A stretch of DNA of 64,000 bases. Origin: Naegleria gruberi. Taxonomy: Eukaryota. Position 1 is the first letter of the stretch. The number at the start of each line of letters is the position of its first letter. Under the pieces are notes generated by a model. The model was not told the origin of the DNA, did no database searches, and saw only the letters and a program-made list of their open reading frames with translations. Positions 10,896-23,487 of the stretch are shown here, in pieces. Location of the stretch: the NCBI GenBank assembly GCA_000004985.1, contig GG738884.1; one strand, 5' to 3'. A program made the position numbers and the translations under genes.

Positions 10896-12100
10896 ATGAG
10901 CAGCGAAAAGTTTGTTGCCTTTGTGGATCCATCCAAGTTGGAATTTAAAATCATTAATGATGATGATTTATCGTCGAGTACAATGTTAGAATCGATGGAT
11001 TCATCATCCGCAATGTTATCGTCATCATCATCATACGGATCGATGGAAGAGGGATTTTCTTCCGAATCTATTTTGGAACAATATTTGACTTTGTCTAATC
11101 CGTATGATAGTGTATTGAGTTTTAAAATTGAATGTAATAAGCCTGCACACTATTCTTTGAAAATACCAGCAGGAAGTATTGAACCGAAAACGGAATTTAA
11201 AATGTACGTTTTATTATTAAAACAAAATAATAATTGTCGATCGGAAATAGTAAATTAAAGATGAAACCTGCTTTTTTAAATGATATTCGTAAGCGGGGAA
11301 GAAAGAATCAAGCCATGGTTGAGGAAGTTGAACAATATGAAGATGCATTTCAAGTTAAATTTATTAGAACAAGTGATTCGAAAGAAACTTCTAAAATCAT
11401 CAAATCAAATATTAAGGTTATTTATAAACCGACTCCAATTGTATCAACACCATCACCATTACTGGAATCGACTAATTCTCTCCTAGACAGTACGATTGAA
11501 ATTGTTAAACCAGTTGAGGAAAAGGTTGAATCTCCAGCCAAAACAAAAATTGTAATTGTAGAAGATCACTTCCAAACATCTTTACTGAAAGATGTTGACT
11601 CTAAACAAGTTGAACTACCACCAACTATTAGTATTAGTACTCCACCTTATACACCTCCACCTACTCCAAATGTGCGAGATTCGAGAATGATTGTTGAAGA
11701 AATGTTTGAGGATAAATTTGCCGAGTCCAACAATGATTTGATTACAACTGAGGAAAATTTAAATGTTAGAACTGAATCACCAATGACATCTGATTCAGTA
11801 ACATCTGATGAATATCTTCAATTAAGCAAAAAGAAAAGTTCTAGCACAATTGATGACGGTGAAAAGTCATCTGATAAGAAGAAGCTCAAATCAATCTTGA
11901 AGAAGACTCCTCCACCTCCAAAGGAAAAATCCTTGAAGGATATGATAACAGATTTATTCCCACTCTTGGCTGGATTGATAATTCTTGTAATATTTGCCAA
12001 GTTCAACAGAGTTGATTATGATACAGTTGTGAATATGTTTACATCCTATCTGCTTGGTGTTTGTGCCATGTATGTTCAAATGAAGTTTAATGAGGAATAG
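10896..12100 (+). CDS. MSP-domain (VAP-like) tail-anchored membrane protein; exons 10896..11203, 11251..12100
   Basis: MSP motifs: VAFVDPSKLEFKI, then after a Ser-rich insert NPYDSVLSFKIECNKPAHYSLKIPAGSIEPKTEFKI (compare VAP [23 protein letters not shown]). Ser/Pro-rich linker, then C-terminal TM helix LFPLLAGLIILVIFAKF near the end. A 47-nt intron (GTACGT..aaatAG) joins in phase 2. Confidence 0.6.
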
Positions 12101-12300
12101 TTATTTAAAAATCATAAGGATATTGTGAATAAACAAATAATTGTGAAATGTATAAATTATCAGAACCTTTGGGTTCATATTTATTGATCCTTTTGGTTCT
12201 TGACTATACAATAGTATGCAATAATCCTAAATCTCTGAAGCTCTTAATCAAAACCCAACATTACAATCAAAATAAGATTGTGTTCAAAAAAGTGTCCTGA

Positions 12301-13734
12301 TTATTGAATATTACTGGTTCCAGAAGAATTATCTGAACTTGGATTGAGTAAAAAGCTATGGGCAGCAACTGGCTCGAGAAGAAGAAGATTTTGAAGAGCA
12401 AGTTCGGAGGCCTTCTTGTTAGCATCTTGACCTAGTTGTTTCTTAATTGCAAGTATTGCTTCCAATTTGCTATTGAAGAGTTGCATATTTTGGGATGGTT
12501 GAGAAACATTCATTACAACTTCAGGAATACTAACATCCATTTGAGCATCTTCATTGTTACGATTCTGTTTCTTGGTTTGTCTTCTTGTTTTCTTCTTGAC
12601 TGGCTCCTCTTGTGCAGGTTGAGCTGGATTGGTAGCAGAAGATGCTGTTGCTGCAGATGAGCTTTCTGCAGCTGGTACATCTTGAACAGAAGAACCATCC
12701 TCATCTGGATCAGTTGATTTACGTTTCTTTTTGGATGGTTTTGGTTTGGTAGGTTGAAGTGTTTCAGTTTGATTTTCATTGGTTGGTTTTCTAGCAAATA
12801 CATTGAATGGAGGAGCAATAAGGGAAAAGAGTGGTTTATCCAAGTTGGCAGGATTATAATAGTGAATAATAAATCCAAAATGACCTTTTTCATGATGGTA
12901 GCTTACATCTGTGAACTGAACTTTCATTAATCCCTTTACAACTTCCTCTACTTGAATAACCGTATTTGACTTCTTTGAAGAAACATTAGATTTAGTCAGA
13001 GCTGTTTCCATAGTTCCCATAAGACATAACTTGTTGGTATTCTTTGAGTTTCTCAATTCCTCTCTATTTGCTGGATTAATTACATGAATTTTAGAAACAA
13101 TGAGTGGATACTTTTCTACCAAAGTCTTGCCAGAAATTTCATGCATGACCACATACTTGTGGGAACTGTACAATTTGTCTGGTACATAGTTTTTAGCTTC
13201 CTCTCCTCTAATTTTCATAGTTACTCTCACAGTCACATCATTCAATTCATTAGGGGTGCTTGTTTCGAATATCCAATAACGACCTTGTTGATTACTTGGT
13301 ACTTCATCCATAGGACAAGCAGAACGTTGATTTGGTAGTAATTTCAAATGTGAAAGTGTACTATCCTCCACTGATCCTTCTTCGGAAACTTCCTCATCAT
13401 CTGCATCATCATTCTTTTTCTTCTTTGGTTTAGGTGTAGAGGCAGTCGAATTTCTTCTTGTTGTAGTTGTTGTTGAAGCTGATGATGATGCTCTCTTTCG
13501 TCGTGTACTTGTTTGCACAGGAATTGTTGTGCTACTGCTACCACCAGTACTATCTTCATTGGATCGGTTGTCATTGATGAGCACTGGTTGTTGATGTGTA
13601 GCCATTTGTTGTTGATTTGAATTCATTGAAGGTGTACCTTCCATCATCAGATTATCAACATCAAATAAACTACCCGAATCTAGAATTGCTTCACCTTCAT
13701 CCATTATTGTTGAGGCGTTATTTTGTTCAGTCAT
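12301..13734 (-). CDS. Nuclear-type protein with basic NLS clusters and a central beta-rich domain (possible DNA-binding/transcription factor)
   Basis: 477-aa ORF from ATG 13734. Basic clusters: KPKKKKN, PSKKKRKS, KKKTRRQTKKQNR. Poly-S/T/Q flanks around an ordered core (YWIFETSTPNELNDVTVRVTMKIRGEE...). Family not confidently identified. Confidence 0.55.
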   Translation of the reverse strand: MTEQNNASTIMDEGEAILDSGSLFDVDNLMMEGTPSMNSNQQQMATHQQPVLINDNRSNEDSTGGSSSTTIPVQTSTRRKRASSSASTTTTTRRNSTASTPKPKKKKNDDADDEEVSEEGSVEDSTLSHLKLLPNQRSACPMDEVPSNQQGRYWIFETSTPNELNDVTVRVTMKIRGEEAKNYVPDKLYSSHKYVVMHEISGKTLVEKYPLIVSKIHVINPANREELRNSKNTNKLCLMGTMETALTKSNVSSKKSNTVIQVEEVVKGLMKVQFTDVSYHHEKGHFGFIIHYYNPANLDKPLFSLIAPPFNVFARKPTNENQTETLQPTKPKPSKKKRKSTDPDEDGSSVQDVPAAESSSAATASSATNPAQPAQEEPVKKKTRRQTKKQNRNNEDAQMDVSIPEVVMNVSQPSQNMQLFNSKLEAILAIKKQLGQDANKKASELALQNLLLLEPVAAHSFLLNPSSDNSSGTSNIQ

Positions 13735-14118
13735 TCCGAAATTTAGTTTTTATTCTCTCTCTATATGTACACAGTTTCTCTCTTCTTTAATGTATTATTT
13801 ACAAAGTGCAACTTTTGTTGTTGGATTAAATTTTTTCTTGTTGTTTTTTGATCTTCCACACTCAAAAATAAGCGCGATGAAGAGTTTGATGTTGTTGTCT
13901 TTTTTTCTATTCTAAATATAAGTAATTTACAATTCTTGAGATTACCATATTTCAAATCAGTTAAATAAGAAAGGTTGGATCATGAGCTTTTTACGTTAAT
14001 TTTGTTTCATCACAATACTGAAGAAGAAGATTTTAATTGTTTTAACGATAGAAAACTCCGATCCTCATCTTCTAATCACGATCAAACTCATCATTAAATA
14101 TTTTAATTTTAAAAAAAA

Positions 14119-15030
14119 ATGTCGCAACAACAAACAGGAACAAAGGGATCAACATCATTCCGTGCCTTTTCTCTCTTTAAAAACTTTGCTGAATACTTTA
14201 TTGATGTTCCAAAGGAATCTCACTTTTATGAGAGAGGTGTTTTAACACCAGAAGAATTTGAAAAGGCTGGTGATTTATTGGTTTCAAAATGTCCAACTTG
14301 GTCTTGGTCTGCAGGAGAACCATCAAAGAGAAAGGATTATCTTCCTGCCGACAAGCAATTCCTCATCACTCGTAACGTTCCTTGTTTGAAACGTTGCAGT
14401 GAATTGATCGAAATGGCCAAGGACGAAGAACCAGTTGAAGATGGCGAATGGATTGCTACTCATATTAATCACACAAAGGAAAAGGAAAAGGAAGAAATTG
14501 GAGATATTACTGGAGGAGTTGATGATCTTGTTATTCACAGCGCTGAGGATGATGAGGAAGATGATGGTGAAGCCATTGATATTGATAATTATTCTGATTC
14601 TGAACTTGAGGATACAATTAAAGACAAGGGAGCCCTTGAAGCCAATAACGGTGACAGCATTCTTCAAACCAGAACTTATGATTTTAGTATTACTTATGAT
14701 AAGTATTATCAAACTCCAAGAGTTTGGCTTTTTGGCTATGATGAACGTGGTGCTAAATTGGAATCTGAAAAAATTCTTGAAGACATTCATGCTGATTATG
14801 GTAATAAGACTGTCACTATTGAACAACATCCACATTTAAATACTCAATGGGCCAGTATTCACCCTTGCAGACATGCTGAAGTCATGAAGAAGATGGTTGA
14901 TCGTTTAGTTGGAGGTGGTTCAGGCGAAAAGCAATTCGTTAGAGTTGATCTTTATTTGTTCCTCTTCTTGAAGTTTATTTCATCTGTAATACCAACCATT
15001 GAATATGACTTTACCACTCAAGTCGATTAA
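14119..15030 (+). CDS. atg3: Autophagy E2-like enzyme Atg3
   Basis: Near full-length match to Atg3. N-term VLTPEEFEKAGDLLVSKCPTWSWS. ILQTRTYDFSITYDKYYQTPRVWLFGYDE. Catalytic HPCRHAEVMKKM (HPC motif). C-terminal YLFLFLKFISSVIPTIEYDFT. Single exon with aaaaaaaATG start. Confidence 0.85.
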   Translation: MSQQQTGTKGSTSFRAFSLFKNFAEYFIDVPKESHFYERGVLTPEEFEKAGDLLVSKCPTWSWSAGEPSKRKDYLPADKQFLITRNVPCLKRCSELIEMAKDEEPVEDGEWIATHINHTKEKEKEEIGDITGGVDDLVIHSAEDDEEDDGEAIDIDNYSDSELEDTIKDKGALEANNGDSILQTRTYDFSITYDKYYQTPRVWLFGYDERGAKLESEKILEDIHADYGNKTVTIEQHPHLNTQWASIHPCRHAEVMKKMVDRLVGGGSGEKQFVRVDLYLFLFLKFISSVIPTIEYDFTTQVD

Positions 15031-15090
15031 ATTATTGTAAAATAGTAAAAATATTTTTTGTCTTTATTTTGTCGGAAGGAATGGGAGATG

Positions 15091-18000
15091 TTACTCTACA
15101 ACATCTTGCCACATTTCCTCAATTTCATAAATGGCTTCAAGAATTTCTGAAAAGTCAGGTCTGATATTTTCATCAGTTGCCCAACATGTCTTCATCAATT
15201 CTGTGTACTTATCAACAAGTGGGATCAATAGATTGGAACTGGTCAATTCTACTCTATTCTTTTGCTTATTACAGAATAAATACCATTCACATTTTAGGGT
15301 ATCTTCGTCTTGCTCGAATTCGGACGAGTCGTTTTGAATTTGGAGTGCATTGTTTCTTACTGAGCTTATTTCCCATGGAATGACTGGTCTTCTGCCCTGA
15401 ATAACTTCACTACCAATAGAGAAGATACTCATCATATCAGAGCCTATAAATGTAGTATGACCTGATGTGTCAGAGCTTGTCAAATCAGAAATTTGTGAAC
15501 CACTATTAGATTCAGTACTAATTCCAATACTAGACCTTTCCTTCTTGGTGAGGGGAGATTTTGGAAGTTCTGTATATGGTTGTACCATGAAGAATAATTC
15601 ATACATGAGGATGGCAAAACTGAAAACATCACATTTGACTGTATATCTTCTAGATTGCTTGAGGATTTCTGGACTTGTGTATTGGATAGTACCATAACAA
15701 ACACCAGTCATTGTGAGTGAAGACAATGGCTTTGACACACCAAAGTCACAAACCTTACAATTGCCAGCTTCATCTATGAGAACATTTTGAGGTTTCTATT
15801 ACAAAAAATTAATTAAGAGTATTCAATTTGAATACTTACCAAATCTCTGTGAATGATAGGTGGTTTAGTGTTATGTAAATAAATCAAAGCTCTACAAATA
15901 TCCTTCAATATTTCAAGTTTTCTTCCAAATGTAATAATTTCATTTCTAGCCTTCCTCTTCTTAGGATAGATGATCTTGTCCAAACTTCCACCTTTTACAA
16001 ACTCAGTTACGATATACTTGTTATCCTCGTCCACACTGACACCAATAAGTAAGACAACATTAGGGTGTCTCAATCCTGTTAAAATATTAGCTTCATGTTC
16101 AAAGTTTTCATCATCATCACAACCAAATTGGTTAGATTTGATTCTCTTGACAGCAACTTCAGTACCTTTCCAAGAAGCTCTGAAAATAACACCTCCAGCA
16201 CCTTCTGAAACTCTCTCCTTGAATTCCAAATCTTCAATTGGAATCAAATGGGCAGATGTATTTGTAGAGTCCATTGAAGAATAGAAACTTGATTTAGTGT
16301 TGTGCTCGAGAAGTTTAGATAACATTTCATCTTCTGCCTTCTTCTTTCTCTTGAGAGTTTGTGATTGTCTTCTAAACATGAAAGCAAATATACCCAATGG
16401 TATAGCAACCACAAGAATTATCAAAATACCAGCTACAATTAGAATTGGAACAATAACACAAGCAGCATATGAAGTGTTTCCATTCGTGAATGTTGGTAAA
16501 CCCAGTGGACAAGAAGTACATTTGACAGCACCTTTCAAATCAGAGTAAGTAGAAAATGGACAAATTTCACATTGTAAATCTCCATTAAGGAAGAAACCCT
16601 CCTTACAGTATACGCAAATAGATAAATTCTTAGAACCAGCACTTTCTGTAGTCATACCTGTTGGACAAGAATAACAAACAGGAGAACCAGTAGAGTTTGA
16701 ATAAGTTCCAATTGGGCACAATTTACAATCTCCTTCTGATTCGGATCCACTATTTGGTTGGAATGTTCCAGCAACACAAGCTGTACATTCCTTTTGACCC
16801 ATAGTATTAGCATAAGTACCAGGAAGGCAAGGAACACAACTGGTAGAGTTGGATGAACCCTCATTTGGATTAAAGGTTCCAAGTGTGCATTTTGAGCAAA
16901 TAGAGGCACCCTCCTTTTCAGAGTATGATCCAGCTGAGCAAGGTTTACAATCTGATGCTTGATAACTGTTCATATTAGAGTTTGCTGTACCTGCTGCACA
17001 CTTGGTACAATGAGGAGCTCCAGGATTTGCGCTAAAAGTACCAGTCGAGCATGGCAAACATGACATTGAACTATTTTGACCAAATAGTGGTTGATAGGTA
17101 CCTTTTTCACAGAGTGTACATTGATATTGTTGCATTAGATCTGCGTATTGACCTGTAGGGCAAGGAAGACATTTCTTTAAACCAGTCACAGGTGCAAATG
17201 TACCAATTGGACAAGCTGTACAATTTAAAACTTGTCCAGTAGTATTTGAAAAAGATCCTTTTGGACATGAGTCGCACAATCTCTGTCCAATTGTTTTTCC
17301 AAAAGTACCAGGTTCACATGGAATACATGAAGAAGGATAAATAGAACCCATTACAGGATTGTGGGTTGAAATAGGACATGGAATACATGAAGAAGCTCCT
17401 ACATAAGGATTGTATTGTCCATAAGGACAAGGTGTACAGGTTTCATTTGAGAAGGCAGAAAGCTCATCACTTGCTGTACCTGCAGGACAATGATAACATT
17501 GTTCATCCTTAAACATAATTGTATAAATTGTTGGTAAACTTGGAAGGGTTCTATTGTAGAATGAAACAACATAGGCCTTATTTGATTCGCTGTATGCCGA
17601 ATAAATAGCTCCATAAACTGTATCTTTGGATTTTTCAATAATAGTTTCCTTATACCATCTTTCTCTATTTCTAACACAATACTTGGAAGCGAAAAATCTA
17701 GATCTGACTTCATTGGGATTACCAACATTACTACCACCTGGTCGAATAACTCCAGATACGTAGGTGAAACCACTTGAATCTACATCAAATGTTGTATTGT
17801 AAACGTTTTGGAAAGTAAGCATTGATTGCAAGAAACCATTTGAATCAGTTTTAGCAAGGAAAAAATTTCTATCAAAAGAGCTGGTTACATTTTGCCCTTG
17901 GAATGATACATAACTACCAAACTCGCCAGAAAAGAGAATATTTCTATTTGGATCAAACTTGAGAAGACTGCTGAACTCTGAAGTGAAGAATTGGTCAGAA

Positions 18001-21000
18001 GTGATCATATTGTCATCCTTACTACTGTTAGTAGTAATTGTTTGCATCCATAATATCTTTCTGTTACCGGTTGTTTGGTCTAGTGGACCAAACTTGAGTA
18101 AATAGTAAGAGAGTACTTCTGAATTGTGATTGATTATTTGCAAATCCTCAAACCTGACTGCACTCTTGAAAACACCAGAAATTACAACATTTCCTACAGA
18201 ATCTGGTAATACAGAGAACCCTTTAGACATACCCTCACTAGTGGCTATCCACAAACAAACCATATTAAAAGGCTCAATTTCAAATACTATAGTGTTAACA
18301 AGAGAAGAAGAAGTTGTAGTACAGCTAGGATCAATTTCAACGCTTCCTCTATATCCTCCAGTGATTAAAATTGATAAATCTTCAGTTATTCTAATAGATT
18401 CAGGGATTACGTTGATAAACTCCTTTCTTACTTGAATTCTTCCTTCATTGATTTTTAACATTACACCTGTGAATTGTGTAGCTCCATAATTTTGTTTGGC
18501 TTTCCATCCAACAACCCAAGTGTTATCAAACCTGTCAGTAGCAACACTGGTTACAGTAATTCCATCTGTAGAATTGGTTTGATCTGAGAGAGTAGCAAAG
18601 TAGTTGAAGCTTTCAGCATCCAAAACCGATGAAAACCTGACAGAAATTCCATTCAAAGGACCTCTTGGACTTGTAGAAATACCAAAGCCTGTATATGAAA
18701 TACTACCATGTCTACCAAAAGAAATGTAGAGTGAAGGAACTGTTCCATATAAAAAGATTGGACTCACAATTTTGTCTGCATCTGTTTGATTTACCAAATA
18801 CGAGCCGACTCCACAACTAGTAAATCCTTGCACAATTTCAGAGCCACAATTTTCACCAGTATAGTTAGTATAACACTTGCAAACATCTTTAGCAACACAA
18901 GCTCCGTGAGAAGCACATACAGACATATTGGTTGCGTCAACCCCAAAGCAATTAGCAATTTCGCAATTCTTTCCTGTGTAATTCTCATTACAAATACAAT
19001 AGTCAGGAAAAGCACATCGTCCATTGCCTGAACAGGTCTGCACATCATTTTGTGGAATGTCAAAGCATACAGGATACTGACATGACTCACCAGCAAATGT
19101 TCCCAAGCTACAAGAACAAGAATTTGGTCTAACACATTTTCCTCTTCCTGTACATGCTCTTGTATCATCTTGAGAGTAAAATCCACATAAAGGAATAGTA
19201 CAAAGTATATCACTACACTTATTACAACCCTCTGTAACAGTTGAAACTAGTGTATTAATGAAGCCTACAGGGCTAACAACAGTACTTGGATCTCCAATTA
19301 CTTGCACATTACCACTGAAAGAAGCAGACACATAGAACTGTCTTGGAGTCCTTGCATCGGTCGATAACATTAATGGTTGAGTGGCTATCAAGGATCCCTT
19401 AATGAAAGAGTGAATGTAGGTTTGTTTGAGTTGTACATTTGTACTATCGCCAGTGTTAACAAATTTTTGGGCAAAGAGAGTGATTGAGCTTTGAACACCA
19501 AAGGTTATAAAACTATCCCAATCAATATTAGAGTAGACATTACCATTCTTTCCGATAACTACAAGCTCATTGTAATTGTTTGCTCGAATTTTAACACCAA
19601 AATATGGATTATCATATTGAACTAGATGAGCTATAAGACTTCCATCGTCTATTGATACTTGGGAAATGATACTACTAAAATTCGAAAGTTGAACATTAAT
19701 TAGCATAACATCACCCAAAAATGTTATATCTTCCACAGATTTTGCTCCATCAATTTCAATAATTTGTGACCAAATTTCTTGATCGGTAGTCTTGAAAGCA
19801 TCGTAGCAAACAATATAAACTTGGTGAACTGTTCCAACATCTGTCAACATGGTTTCCATGGTACCTGCAATGAAAACTCTGTCCTTCTTAGGAGATAAGG
19901 TAATCAAATGAGCTGAAGAAGAACCATAAAGATAGGATGGTAAAGGATCTACTTTAGTGGCATAAATTACCTTTCCAGTTGTGTTGGAGAGGGCACCATA
20001 GAATACAGAGCTTTGTTTTCTAGATTCTAAAACAACTCCAACATCCACAAAAGTTAATTTGGCATTAAATACTCCTGTAAAATATAGTGTTCCATCTTGG
20101 CCGTAAGTAACATCCTTAACTATGTTCATAGCCACACTACCCATAATTGTATTTGGCATAATAATGGCAGGTGGAGGGAAAATGGGTTGAGGGAGCTCAG
20201 CTTCCTTATTAATTGCTGGTTGATCCAAAATATTATCCAGATCAAATTGGAATAACATTAGTGTTGATTTAGATTCGTATTGGGTTTTTGCAATTTCCAA
20301 ATATTGAGGCAATTCACCTCCCAATGCTACTCTCCTTTTCCCATTATGATCAAGCTTAGCCATCGTGTATAAATAGTATTTGGTGTTTCTTGTAACTATT
20401 CCAACTTTGAAAAGTCTAAACATGTTACTATTTTCATAAATTACCCAATACCCTTGAGTAACACCAGCTGAAATCTCTGCTACGACCTCATCAGCCACTG
20501 CCACATCAGACCCTGAAAAGTGCCCGATTGTATAAATTCGATTCTCATCACTCACCAATTTTCTTTGATCTACCTGCAAAGTAGACAGGAAATCAAATCT
20601 GGCTCCTTTCTCTTCAGGCGATGCACCTCGAATAAAACTCATTCTAGTTGATGTAATAGTTCTGTTTCTAATAATCATTGGATGAAGAAAATCTTTACTG
20701 CAGTCAACCACATGGTTTGGATTTTCGCTATCTGGATCCAGAGATACATACGAATTATAGAATAATCTCTTGTCAATGATACCATTCTCGGTTGATGCAC
20801 AACTCGCAAGACTAAATAAATAATTATGTAATATAAGTATTATACATAGAACAATAATGATTTTTCCAATTCCTCGATTATTATTATTATTATGATTTAC
20901 AACATTTAACCCTTCCAATTTTGATAATCCAATAATATTTGTTGTTCTTTCTCGATTATGATAATGATTGAACCAGGTTGATGAAAATTTATTTTTCTTC

Positions 21001-21134
21001 TTATCCTGTTGTTCTTGTTCTTGTTGTATCTGATGATGGTGCGATATTGATGATGAACAAGGAGTTTCATCATCAGAAGAGAAAAGTAACAGCGGTGATA
21101 GTAGTGTTTCGCCTCCAAGTAGAAGCAGAGACAT
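15091..21134 (-). CDS. Receptor-like protein kinase (TKL-type) with large Cys-rich ectodomain; exons complement(15840..21134, 15091..15795), intron 15796..15839
   Basis: About 16 CxxCPxGT(F/Y) repeats (GCC2/GCC3 / ephrin-receptor-like Cys-rich) plus EGF/laminin-type repeats (CTGRGKCVRPNSCSCSLGTFAGESCQ...). TM helix VIVPILIVAGILIILVVAIPLGIFAFMF. Kinase motifs: GAGGVIFRASW, VAVK, HRDL|KPQN split by a 44-nt GTAAGT..AG intron, DFG (CDFGVS), SPE. Long insert in the kinase C-lobe. About 1999 aa in total. Confidence 0.8.
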
Positions 21135-21534
21135 TTTTGAGCTGAAGATTTTCTAACCGTAATGCGCGAGAAGCAAGGGATTTTTATTGTTGTGTCTTTT
21201 GGTGAGTTGGAAGCTTAGTTGGCCATGCTAATATCTTTGTGGTAGGAAGATTTCTTCTTTCTGTGTTACTTTCGGAAGGATGGTGTTCGAAAAGAAACTT
21301 GAAAGCCTTTTGATTAGTCTATCGGAAATCTATGGAATCATGTAAAATACAAGATCATCGTGAAGGATAGGAAAGACTTCAAGGATCAACCTCACAATGT
21401 ACAATCAATTCTTCAACTTGGGTTGGGAATTCATCACAATAGCTATTTAATCATCTGACTCGCTTTGATGGAAAATATATTTTTATCTTCATTCAAAAGA
21501 AACAATTAATTGCTTCAACTTAGAACACATACTA

Positions 21535-23487
21535 ATGGTCTTCTCTGCCAATACTTCTGATCAAAAACAACCCATCATCAATAATACTAATATGAATAAT
21601 AACTTTCAATCCTTCTTTTATCAAGCTCATCTTTCTGCTGGGGGGAGCAATACTAACAATCATCATCAACAACCACCACTACTAGCCAATCAATCTAAAA
21701 GTCCAGCGAATAATTACTTGCCAGGCACTGCCAATGGACAAATTAATAATAATCTACATGATTATCTGTATCAACTTCAACAACAGAAGCAATCACCTCA
21801 ACAACCATTGTTGCCCTTGTCGAATTCATCTTCCGAAGAGGAATTATCAGACCCAACTAATGATTTCATCAATACTTACCATCATCCCTCCACCGAATCA
21901 CTTTATGGCAGCTCATTGTATGAAGGTGATGAACAGGAGGAATTTATGGATGAGAGTAAAATATTGCAAATGAATGGAATTTCCATCATCAATAATAGTA
22001 ATAACGAAATAGATCATCAACAATCTAAGCACGTATTGAATGGAGCACAATCATCACCATCCTCCTCCTCAGCCTCTGTAAATATTCTCAATCAAATTAA
22101 TCACCAACATCATCACAATACTACCACCACAACTGCTGATAAACAAGTTGGTTCTTCTTCCATCAATTATAATGGTGGATTGTATCAACAACAACAGCCA
22201 CTATTGATTACTGCATCACAATTGCAACAATTCTTCCCTGTGAAACAAAAGATTAAGAAGGCAATCTTGTATATTGATCTGGATAATTTCCCAATTTCTA
22301 GACCTTCTGAATATTTGGAAATGTTAGCCAAGATTAAATCCAAATACTCTATTGATGTGACAGCAAAGAAGATATTTGGAGATTTGAATCAATTTGAAAA
22401 ACTTCCAGTTGACTTTCAATTCTCACATCAATTAATCATTTGTCCAAAGGTTTCATCAAGAAAGAATACGACAGATATTGCATTGACCATTGAGGTCATT
22501 AAGGATTTGGAGAGAAAGAAACCATTCGATGTGTTTATTATTGCCTCGTCTGATTCGGATTTTGTTCCGGTCGTTAAGGCCATCAGAGATGAGGGCAAGG
22601 AATGTTGGATTTTGCCATCTCACAATTATCCTCACCAAACTTTGATGAGCATTTGTAATGGCATTCTTGATTTCAACTCACAACAAAATGTGAGTAATCC
22701 TCTTCAAGAGTTGAACATTCCATCCAAGCCATCTCAAGTGGCCAACAAGACGAGTCCAAACACATCTCCAAGAAAGAAGGAAGTACTTCCTGTTCCAAAG
22801 GTTCATGTCAAGACGAATCATATTCCTCCTTCTCAAAACAAGTTATCTATTGTTGAGGTTAAATCAATGATTACAAAGATTATTAGAAAATTAGAGTTTA
22901 GTGGTGTGAAAATTTTCAACCTGTCATGTATTCATGAACAATTGAGAGACAAATCCATTATTTATCACCACTATGGATATCCAACATTCAGAGCTCTATT
23001 CGAAGAATGGAGTCAAGAGAATCCAAAATACAAATTCGAAAGAAATGAAAAGGATGGTCAATTATCATTTGCTCAAGAGGTACACCCAAATATCTTACAT
23101 AGACCACCACAAACAGTCCCTCAAACAGCCTCCACTAACCTTACCTATTCCAATGTAAAAATACTCCCAAAACCAACTAGCAGCACAAGCCTCTCTTCAA
23201 GTAATGAAAGTCCTGAACCATCTTTTAAACCAAAGGGAAGTAGGAAAGCTTTGAAGAATGCCATTACCCAAATTCTCAAAAATCTCCACCAAGCCAATCC
23301 AAAGGGAAGTTTTAACATGTCCTTTGTAAATGAGAGAATGAGAGAAAGAAGTCTCAAATACAAGGAACATGGCTATGATTCCATGAAAACTCTTTTCACT
23401 GAATGGAAACAAGAACATCCAACAGCATTTCTTGGTGTTCGTGAAAAGAGTGGCGAATTATACTTTTTGCCAACCTTCTCTCTTTAA
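21535..23487 (+). CDS. NYN-domain + tandem OST-HTH/LOTUS domain protein (MARF1/limkain-b1-like)
   Basis: NYN/PIN-like core: ILYIDLDNFPIS...TDIALTIEVIKDLERKKPFDVFIIASSDSDFVPVVKAIRDEG. Two LOTUS-like modules: KIIRKLEFSGVKIFNLSCIHEQLRDKSIIYHHYGYPTFRALFEEW and ITQILKNLHQANPKGSFNMSFVNERMRERSLKYKEHGYDSMKTLFTEW. Poly-N/Q N-terminus. Confidence 0.65.
   Translation: MVFSANTSDQKQPIINNTNMNNNFQSFFYQAHLSAGGSNTNNHHQQPPLLANQSKSPANNYLPGTANGQINNNLHDYLYQLQQQKQSPQQPLLPLSNSSSEEELSDPTNDFINTYHHPSTESLYGSSLYEGDEQEEFMDESKILQMNGISIINNSNNEIDHQQSKHVLNGAQSSPSSSSASVNILNQINHQHHHNTTTTTADKQVGSSSINYNGGLYQQQQPLLITASQLQQFFPVKQKIKKAILYIDLDNFPISRPSEYLEMLAKIKSKYSIDVTAKKIFGDLNQFEKLPVDFQFSHQLIICPKVSSRKNTTDIALTIEVIKDLERKKPFDVFIIASSDSDFVPVVKAIRDEGKECWILPSHNYPHQTLMSICNGILDFNSQQNVSNPLQELNIPSKPSQVANKTSPNTSPRKKEVLPVPKVHVKTNHIPPSQNKLSIVEVKSMITKIIRKLEFSGVKIFNLSCIHEQLRDKSIIYHHYGYPTFRALFEEWSQENPKYKFERNEKDGQLSFAQEVHPNILHRPPQTVPQTASTNLTYSNVKILPKPTSSTSLSSSNESPEPSFKPKGSRKALKNAITQILKNLHQANPKGSFNMSFVNERMRERSLKYKEHGYDSMKTLFTEWKQEHPTAFLGVREKSGELYFLPTFSL

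Noticed and set aside
14323-14839. Overlapping 134-170-aa ORFs on both strands inside the atg3 coding region
   Set aside because: Low-complexity K/I/L-rich translations of AT-rich antisense or alternate frames. The atg3 frame is unambiguous and fully conserved.
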